From positions 46,639,853-46,685,991 of the forward strand of contig NC_068991.1 in NCBI RefSeq assembly GCF_001194135.2: DNA of 46,139 nucleotides, read 5' to 3'. Every line of letters begins with the position of its first letter. Position 1 is the first letter of the stretch. This document shows, piece after piece, positions 37,331-46,139 of this stretch. The notes below the pieces were generated by a model. The model was not told where the DNA came from, did not search any database, and was given only the letters and a program-made list of their open reading frames with translations. Source of the stretch: Octopus bimaculoides (taxonomy: Eukaryota). The position numbers and the translations under genes are program-made.

Positions 37331-38442
37331 TTATGTCACTTATTATGTGTTTCTATTGTATCGTTCTATATTTTTAATATGTTTTGTAGAATGATATATT
37401 AAGGAGCTTTTTTATGTACTCATAAAAATTAGTTGAATCCATATATTGTGACGTAAATTCATATACATATATATGTGTGTGTGTGTGTGTGTGTAATTAT
37501 TTGGACTTTTGGCATATGTCTGTTAGTATGTCGATTAAAGCACATTCACCCTTTGGTATACCAAACATCTGAGGAGACACAGATTGCACTAATTGATGCA
37601 ACACAACTAGATGCACAATATCCTACCCGTAAGAAACACATGTAGGGTGGGTCTAAACGATCGTCGCGATGAATAAAGATTTGTACCAAATCCATTTTCC
37701 GTTCCCCTCATCAATTATATATATTTGTGTGTGTGTGCGCGCGCGCATTTGTGTGTATGTGTATGTTTGTGTATGTATATTTACACATACGCATACATAT
37801 ATATATATATTTACAAACATAAACACACTCATAGAAACAATTATGTGCCTATGCGAGTACAGACATATACTTGCTTGTATGTATGCATGCACCGTATGCA
37901 TGTACACACACAAACATACACGCACACACATACACACACACCAAACAGATACACACACACACAAATATATATTCTTGCATCGAACTACATACACGGACAC
38001 ATAAACATACGTACGAACACGCGCACACACACACACACACATATAGGTACGTATGTATATATGTGTATGTAGTTAGATGCAAGTAAACATTCACACGCAT
38101 ATACGTACTTACTGTATATATATATATATATNNNNNNNNNNNNNNNNNNNNNNNNNNNNNNNNNNNNNNNNNNNNNNNNNNNNNNNNNNNNNNNNNNNNN
38201 NNNNNNNNNATATATATCTTCGAAACGTCTAGTTAGAATAGAGGCAGCTGACGAAGGATTAATTCCAAGTGGCTATCTGTTTTCCTATGTGTTCGTTCCG
38301 TTGTCTGTAGTTCATTTTTCTAACGTCATGTATCCTGATATGCATCTATATACACATGTAGATGTAAGTATGTACATATATGTGGGTATACATGCATACA
38401 TATTCTTTGTATTATATATATATATATATATACACACCTATT

Positions 38443-38503
<61 letters not shown>

Positions 38504-38720
38504 GGGCTAGAGTATAAGTATGTATATATAAGTATGTAAATAGACATATATCGCTTTATACATTTCTTTTATCCACCACCTTTCACCTGTATTAACGCGC
38601 GCCTGAGTATGTGAGTGTGTGTGTGTGCGCGTGTCTGGGAACGATGAGGTACAAAGACATCAAATTTGATACAAACAAGGCAGCCAGACAGCGTAGAGTA
38701 GCTCGAATGTTTCCTAACGC

Positions 38721-38734
38721 GTCACCATGACAAC
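38721..38734 (+). promoter_or_regulatory. Candidate RFX X-box in a CpG-rich patch
   Basis: GTCACCATGACAAC fits the GTHNYYATRRNAAC X-box consensus exactly. Confidence 0.35.
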
Positions 38735-39149
38735 AACAGGTGCGACTGGAAAGAACGCTTCAGCAGCGGGCACCTGCTCTGGCGAAGACTCCGTGCAGTT
38801 CATACAATTTTGTTCCCTTGATGCGCGCGAATAGACACAAATACAGCGCCGCGTACTCGCTTACTCACATCCATAGATGCATGCATATTCTCTCTCCCTC
38901 TATCACACACACACACACACACAGGCACACACACTCACACATATTCGCCTACATACACACACATACACATAGTGTAAACCAAATGTGTGTACACACGCAC
39001 ACGTGCTTGGGCCGACCGACGCGCACATCTTCCAGGGATTCTGTTAAACAAAGAGTTTGAAAACTGAACACACGAAATGTAAAGCAATTGGGCGTTTGAA
39101 CGTATATATCTAATGGGTAATATATGTATATAGGTGTGTGAAGATGTGT

Positions 39150-39191
39150 GAGTGTATTTGGTAGACGGAAAACTGAAAGAAGCCCGTCGTA

Positions 39192-39230
<39 letters not shown>

Positions 39231-39601
39231 GCACACACACACGTTTTCCTGGGGCTAAAAAAAGGTAGTGACGTCGTCCTAACCAGGNNNNNNNNNNNNN
39301 NNNNNNNNNNNNNNNNNNNNNNNNNNNNNNNNNNNNNNNNNNNNNNNNNNNNNNNNNNNNNNNNNNNNNNNNNNNNTGTATATGTGTGTGTGTTTGTGTG
39401 TCTGTGTTTGTCCCCCCTAGCATTGCTTGACAACTGATGCTGGTGTGTTTATGTCCCCGTCACCTAGCGGTTCGGCAAAAATAGACCGATAGAATAAGTA
39501 CTAGGCTTACAAAGAATAAGTCCTGGGGTCGATTTGCTCGACTAAAAGGCGGTGCTCCAGCATGGCCACAGTCAACTGACTGAAACAAGTAAAGAGTAAG
39601 A

Positions 39602-39602
<1 letters not shown>
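39150..39602 (+). mobile_element. SINE family A (middle and 3' half) across a gap
   Basis: GGTAGACGGAAAACTGAAAGAAGCCCGTCG...GACTGAAACAAGTAAAGAG. Confidence 0.88.
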
Positions 39603-39637
<35 letters not shown>

Positions 39638-40019
39638 GCACACACACACGTTTTCCTGGGGCTAAAAAAAGGTAGTGACGTCGTCCTAACCAGGACTGCC
39701 ACTTTATATTGGCTAACAGACTTTACCCTGTAGTACTGTTACTACTTATTTCTCGCTCAGAGATTTAAAACTAATTGTTTATCTCCTGATATATATTTGT
39801 ATTTGCTTAAATGGTTGCGTGTATGTTTACTTATGGTAATATGTCTCTGTAAGCGTCTCTGATTTTTGTGCCTTCACATTGCTTTGTCTCTCATTCAGAC
39901 ACTTGTATGCATGTATGTATGTATGCATGCATGCATGTTCTCTCTCTTTTTTAATCGATTATAAATTTTGACCGGCCACCTACTTAGTAGGAAGGTAGTG
40001 AAGTATCTTGTTTTAAACC

Positions 40020-40495
40020 ATCATCCTTTAAATCTTAAGATCTTGCAGATTTTTACAGGCCCAGATATTGTGATCATTTGTAGTGTGTGAATTAAGGATT
40101 TGCGTTCCCTCCCCAATCTCCAAAATTCATCCATACTTTGCTCCAGACGGGGGGAGGGGTATGTATCTTGTTGCTCCAATTATAATAGGTATGAAACTGA
40201 AAATGTATCTGGGATACTGGATTTGCAAACTCCTTATCAATGGCCCATAGATGTCCTCTTTCTCTTGTATTTTTTAACCATATTGGTGTCTAAATGGCAG
40301 CTGATTTCCACAACAGAACATATCTTTTCTATGTGGTACCACACAACAATATCTAGTCGGTTGTATTTCAACTTGGTCGCTGTTTAAATATTTTAATAAG
40401 TTCCTCCAATATTCATTTAGCTCATTGGTCCCAATATAGACAAATTCGCCTTTTTGTTGTCTTGTTCCAGATAGTTCTCGCCACCACAACATGCC
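40020..40495 (-). mobile_element. R4-like LINE 3' end (RLE domain pseudogene), copy 1
   Basis: KYNRLDIVVWYHIEKICSVVEISCHLDTNMVKKIQEKEDIYGPLIRSLQIQYPRYIFSFIPIIIGA. Confidence 0.8.
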
Positions 40496-40719
40496 TCATG
40501 TATGTATGTATGTATGTATGTATGTTATCAATCAGTTTCACTTCTGTATTTCTTGTCAATAGAGAAACAGTCGGACGTATGTATGTATGTATGTATGAAT
40601 GAATGAATGAATGAATGAATGCTCTCTTCTATTTTTAAATATTTAAATTCTTCCCTTGAGGAAGGAGCTGGTTTCTAACAAAGGCATAAACCTGCATCGT
40701 TGGAAAGTAGATAACAAGC

Positions 40720-41095
40720 GCAATGTCACATTTTAAACTTGGGAGAAGATTTGCATTGAGTTACCTTTCCGCTTATAGATTATATTTATAATGTGGTTGA
40801 TTTCTTTTTCTGAGAATCCAAGCTCATCCGTATTGTCACTTAGGCATTTACTCACAAAATTAAGTGCGTCGATTATTATTGGTATAAATGTGAATTTATA
40901 ATCTGGATATAGAAACTGGTGGCTTCAAAGCAGTTGTCCATTGTTATTTCCTTTCTCTTTAACTTTCGAAGAGATATTCACATCATCTCGACAGCTGACT
41001 TCTACGACAGTACAAACTTTTTCTTCCTTGTCCCTAACAACAATATCTGGTCTGTTATGTTTACACTGCGAGTTTATTTTTTTCAACAGCAAAGG
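40720..41095 (-). mobile_element. R4-like LINE 3' end (RLE domain pseudogene), copy 2
   Basis: HNRPDIVVRDKEEKVCTVVEVSCRDDVNISSKVKEK...YPDYKFTFIPIIIDAL. Confidence 0.85.
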
Positions 41096-41184
41096 GATCT
41101 TTTTTTTTTTTTTTCGGAGAGATAAGCTAACGAAAGCCCATTTATTCTGTCTTCCCAAATAGCCAGCACATAAACTAACAAAAA

Positions 41185-41330
41185 ACTATGTCCATTTACA
41201 TGGGAGCTCTGAGCAAAATGTTTAGTGCATGACCATCCTTGGGACATAAATAATGTGTGTATAAAGTTTGGTGAAAATCGGTTGAGAATTGTGGAAATTA
41301 TACACACATACTGTGATTTATATATACTAT
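41185..41330 (-). mobile_element. 5' fragment of the Helitron-type family at 10385
   Basis: ATGACCATCCTTGG.ACATAA.TAATGTGTGT.TAAAGTTTGGTG.AAATCGGTTGAGAATTGTGGAAAT is the reverse complement of 10435-10505. Confidence 0.75.
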
Positions 41331-41789
41331 ATATATATATATATACATATATTTACTATATATGTACGTATGTATGTATGTATGTATGTATGTATGCATG
41401 TATGTATTATGCATGCATGTATGCATGTATGTATGCACGCATGTATGTATGCATGAATATATGTAGATGTGTTTGTGTGTGTATATATGTGTGTGGTGGG
41501 GGTGTATTTGATTTTTATTGTAGTCATTCCTTATAACATATGACGATATTTGAATCCGGTTGAGTCTGATTTGAACACGAAACAGAAATTTGGTGCCCAT
41601 AAAACACTTACATCAAAAGACACTGCACTGTCTGTCCAAGAATCCCTGCTTTTCTATACAAATACCCTGTAATGATAACTCAAGTGTTATTATAAAGGAG
41701 CGATATCATAATTGTTTTGATATTGATATCATAGCTTAGATGTATATTGACGACTCGCTTTGTCGGCAGCGGCATCAGCGCAACAACGA

Positions 41790-41803
41790 CAGCAGCAGGA
41801 GCT

Positions 41804-41867
<64 letters not shown>

Positions 41868-41910
41868 CAGCAGCAGCGGCGTTGGCGGCGGTGGTGGTGG
41901 TGGTGGTGGT
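41790..41910. repeat. (TAG)n/(CAG)n/(GGT)n compound trinucleotide repeat
   Basis: Directly visible. Confidence 0.95.
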
Positions 41911-42504
41911 GATATTTGATAAATAAAGAGAAATTAATCCGTAGTATCAATTACCTATGTTATTGTGCAAAGACCCAGGCCAATGATGAGGACGTTGTGT
42001 GTATGTGTGTGTAGGGAGATGTTATCTTTTATTCCTGCCTTGTTGATAAATGTTTGACACAATGTACAAATTACAATACGATACAGAGAACAACATCTAC
42101 CGTTTATAAACTTAGCATAACATAAAGCCCGTCGCCCGAGCTTGTTCTCGACTTAACCCTTTGTCTGTCTTGTATATCATATGTGCTACAGAGACATATT
42201 CCCCTGGCGTCCATGCATCATTTCCGATATATGTTCCCATGTCTTTTTGTTTATTTTTCAACCACCAGAGTAACTTGCAACTTACGAAAGGAAAGCTTTA
42301 TATTACTCAGATTGTATTAGATACGGGCTAACTAAAAATATCTAACAACGAGAATAGACGTTTAAGACCAACTTATGATAATGCTTTGAATAAAGCGCTA
42401 AATTAACTTAATTTAATTGGGAGGAAGTTTCGGGAACTGGTCATAATGTATAGTAATTACTTAGAGTTTCAACCTCTGCAAAGTAATTTTAGGGAGATTT
42501 ATAA

Positions 42505-42690
42505 AGTAGCGAGCTGGCAAAATCCTTAGCACGCCGGATAAAATGCTTCGTGACATTTCGTCTGTCCTTGTGTTCTGAGTTTAAATTCCATTGAGGTCGA
42601 CATTGCCTTTCATCTGTTCGTGGGTCAATAAAATAGGTACCAGTTGAACACCGGGGTCAATGTAATCAACTTCACCCTCCTCCGAACTTG
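42505..42690 (+). mobile_element. SINE family B, diverged
   Basis: GCGAGCTGGCAAAATCCTTAGCACGCCGG...GAGGTCGACATTGCCTTTCATC. Confidence 0.82.
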
Positions 42691-42720
42691 CTAGATTTGA
42701 AACCAATATTTTTTTCTAAA

Positions 42721-42878
42721 CTGAAGCGGCGACTTGGCAGAATCTTAAACACCTCAGACAAAATACGTACCGGCATTTCGTCCACCTTTACGTTTGGAGT
42801 CGATTTGCTTGACTGAAGGCAGTGTTCCAACATGGCTTCAGTCAAATGACTGAAACAAGTAAAAGTGTAAAAGAGTTA
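42721..42878 (+). mobile_element. Chimeric SINE (family B head joined to family A tail)
   Basis: GCGGCGACTTGGCAGAATC...TTTACGTTTG joins GAGTCGATTTGCTTGACT...GACTGAAACAAGTAAAAG. Confidence 0.7.
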
Positions 42879-42881
42879 TTC

Positions 42882-43011
42882 TTAAGGGAAGCATTGCTTC
42901 TCTTGCTTCCATGGACTGTATACATATGATATGATATGATATATATATATATATATATATATATCATATGTATACAGTCCATGGAAGCAAGAGAAGCAAT
43001 GCTTCCCTTAA
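42882..43011. repeat. Perfect 49-bp inverted repeat around (AT)n
   Basis: 42882-42930 is the exact reverse complement of 42963-43011. Confidence 0.97.
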
Positions 43012-43119
43012 AAATCATGGTTCTGGGTAGCATATTGTCAAGTGGTGAGGTGGGGAAAAACAGACACAAAGACAATACGCATACACACACACACACATAT
43101 ATATTAATATAAAATATAT

Positions 43120-43445
43120 GTGGTAAGTAGCTTGCTTATCAACCTCATGGTTCAGGGTAGCATATTGGGCAAGTGTATGTATGTATGTGTGTATGTGTGT
43201 ATTTATGTATGTATGTATGTAGGTATGTATGGATGTTGTGTATATGTTTGTGTGTCTGTGTTTGTCCTCCCAACATCGCCTGACAACCGATGTTGGTGTG
43301 TTTACGTCCCTCTAACTTAGCGGTTCGGGAAACGAAACCGACAGAATAAGTACTAGCATAAGTCCTGGGGTCGATATGTTTGACTACAGGTGTTGCTCCA
43401 GCATGTATGGCCGTAGTCAAATGGCTGAAACAAGTAAAAGAAGAA
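43120..43445 (+). mobile_element. SINE family A with internal deletion
   Basis: GTGGTAAGTAGCTTGCTT head, microsatellite, 3' half. Confidence 0.85.
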
Positions 43446-43448
43446 ATA

Positions 43449-43484
<36 letters not shown>

Positions 43485-44124
43485 ATATATATNNNNNNNN
43501 NNNNNNNNNNNNNNNNNNNNNNNNNNNNNNNNNNNNNNNNNNNNNNNNNNNNNNNNNNNNNNNNNNNNNNNNNNNNNNNNNNNNNNNNNNNNNNNNNNNN
43601 NNNNNNNNNNNNNNNNNNNNNNNNNNNNNNNNNNNNNNNNNNNNNNNNNNNNNNNNNNNNNNNNNNNNNNNNNNNNNNNNNNNNNNNNNNNNNNNNNNNN
43701 NNNNNNNNNNNNNNNNNNNNNNNNNNNNNNNNNNNNNNNNNNNNNNNNNNNNNNNNNNNNNNNNNNNNNNNNNNNNNNNNNNNNNNNNNNNNNNNNNNNN
43801 NNNNNNNNNNNNNNNNNNNNNNNNNNNNNNNNNNNNNNNNNNNNNNNNNNNNNNNNNNNNNNNNNNNNNNNNNNNNNNNNNNNNNNNNNNNNNNNNNNNN
43901 NNNNNNNNNNNNNNNNNNNNNNNNNNNNNNNNNNNNNNNNNNNNNNNNNNNNNNNNNNNNNNNNNNNNNNNNNNNNNNNNNNNNNNNNNNNNNNNNNNNN
44001 NNNNNNNNNNNNNNNNNNNNNNNNNNNNNNNNNNNNNNNNNNNNNNNNNNNNNNNNNNNNNNNNNNNNNNNNNNNNNNNNNNNNNNNNNNNNNNNNNNNN
44101 NNNNNNNNNNNNNNNNNNNNNNNN

Positions 44125-44180
<56 letters not shown>

Positions 44181-45129
44181 GCATATATTTGCGTATGTGT
44201 GTACATACGTACGTATGTATACATCTATGGATGGATGGATGGATCTCGGAGCTTCTGACTGTGTTTACTGTATTCAGTCGTTCGATCAAATAACTCACTG
44301 CATTGTAATGTTAGTGGCCGTGTATTCCATGGACGTGTGTGCCCTTAAAATAATTCTCAGGCAGCAAAGTTATGATGCGACAGTGCGCAAAAAAATTATA
44401 CCTTTTGAATGGCGGTTGTGATTGATTTCGTAAGGCTCTCAGATACTTTCTGTCAGTTTCAGATCCACTTATGAAGTTTGAGTCGGTCCGAAGACGGAAC
44501 GAAATAACACTTGTCCAATACGCAACACAGTCGGATTGAACACGAGATCGCGAAGCGACTTTTTAACCTTTCAGCCATACAATAGCTACACACACTACCA
44601 CACACACACACACATACGCATACACACAATGTATATGTTTGTGTGTGTGTGTGTGTGTCTGTGTCTATGTAATGACAAACGATGTATGTATGTATGACAA
44701 ACGAAGTGTGTCATCTTATAAAGAGTAAAAACCCTGTACAACAAATAATATCAAAGCTAGATTCTGCACAGGACTTCTTTATGTTTTTTTTCTATTTTTG
44801 CTGAAGTTGGACTTCCATGTGCAACTATTGATTCCAGATTAAAAGTCCCTCAGAACAAAGCAGTGTGTGTCAACAGGACTTGGCGCCGTTATTATTGTTG
44901 TTGTTACTATTATTGATGGTGGCGGTGGTAGTGGTGGTGGTGTTATTCTTAGTCGCTTCTTTCTTTGCAGCGTTTGTGTTTCCTACGTTTCTTTGTTGGT
45001 TTTTGTTGTTGTCGTTGTTCTTGTTGTTGTTTGGAGGAAGAGGGATTTTTTTTTTTCCTTGTATTTTTGTATTTTACTTTCAACAGAGTATATGAATATA
45101 TACATCATGCTTGACTGCTTACGTCGTAA

Positions 45130-45205
45130 AAGCAGACCAACCAACCAACCAACCAGCCAGCCAGCCAGCCAACCAACCAACCGGCCGACAAACCAGCCAG
45201 CCAAC
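45130..45205. repeat. (CCAA)n/(CCAG)n tetranucleotide repeat
   Basis: Directly visible. Confidence 0.9.
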
Positions 45206-45368
45206 CGACACACCAGGAGACTGTCCAACCCGATAATGAAAGAACAATGACTGCATCATCTATGTATCGCTCTACCTACCTACTTATCTATCTACCTACT
45301 TACCTACTGCTTATATAGTAATCTATATGCCTCCATACAGTTATATTAGTTTGGATGTGTTTGTGTGA

Positions 45369-45402
<34 letters not shown>

Positions 45403-45404
<2 letters not shown>

Positions 45405-45629
45405 GAGAATATACAAATAATAACAACAGACGAGGACAGGTGGTGTAAATAACAAAAGGATATATTAGTATGACGCTCGGGAATACGGAAAGTCTTTGAC
45501 GTTTCGAGCTACGCTCTTCAACAGAAAGAATACGGAGACAAGGAGAAAAGCACGGAGAAAAAAAATTGAATAGTGTTCAGTCAACGGTCAATCCCTCACA
45601 ACTATGTACCGTATATATATATGAATGCA

Positions 45630-45640
<11 letters not shown>
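45403..45640 (-). mobile_element. Short non-coding element inside (TA)n carrying a hammerhead fold (Penelope pLTR-like)
   Basis: Bounded by TA tracts; hammerhead at 45493-45529; its 5' ~43 bp is repeated in inverted orientation, ending at 45766. Confidence 0.6.
45493..45529 (-). ncRNA. Candidate minimal type I hammerhead ribozyme (variant core)
   Basis: UCUUU-CUGUUGA-A-GAGC gua GCUC-GAAA-CG-UC-AAAGA; stems I (5 bp) and II (4 bp) pair perfectly; palindromic stem III ACGU; GUC cleavage triplet. Confidence 0.65.
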
Positions 45641-45665
<25 letters not shown>

Positions 45666-45696
45666 CATATATACACACATACATACACACATATAC

Positions 45697-45733
<37 letters not shown>

Positions 45734-46139
45734 CATGCATTCATATATATATACGGTACATAGTTGCAAAACACACACACACACTCAGACATGCATACAC
45801 AAGGAGACAGAGGTATACACGCACTTATGCAAACGCACGCACGCACACACGCTCACACGCATATGCATACACACACTTGCATACATACATATATATATAT
45901 ACATGCATACATATATACATACATACATACATTAATACATACATACATACATACATACATAGGTGAATTATGCAAAATATTCTATAATTATATACATAAA
46001 AAAGTGTGTTATTGTCTCGGAGATTTTTTTATGGTAGTTGAAAAGACATTAGCATCTATTTCTAATTCAGTACGTGGCGAGGCACTTAGCTGATCCATGA
46101 TTATAATTATCAAAATTATATATATATATATATATATAT

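Overview
46 kb of gap-rich, microsatellite-dense eukaryotic DNA. The SINE families and repeat content point to an octopus genome (inference from family recognition). No host protein-coding gene is supported; most long ORFs in the track are translated microsatellites or N gaps. The window is a graveyard of mobile elements: four tRNA-derived SINE families, DD34D mariner and DD37D (maT-type) transposon remnants, a pogo/Tigger-type MITE, a probable non-autonomous Helitron, and 3' ends of R4/Dong-like, L1/Tx1-like and RTE-like LINEs. The most interesting signal is a set of small non-coding, palindromic or microsatellite-embedded elements carrying minimal type I hammerhead-ribozyme folds of the kind known from Penelope-like elements. 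Two of them (11558-11596 and 45493-45529, both minus strand) share no stem sequence. Both pair fully and carry the same non-canonical core: CUGU-N-GA (A6U) plus an extra A before stem II. This suggests an undescribed hammerhead variant in non-autonomous Penelope-like or retrozyme-like elements. Activity is untested. Many repeat boundaries below are approximate.
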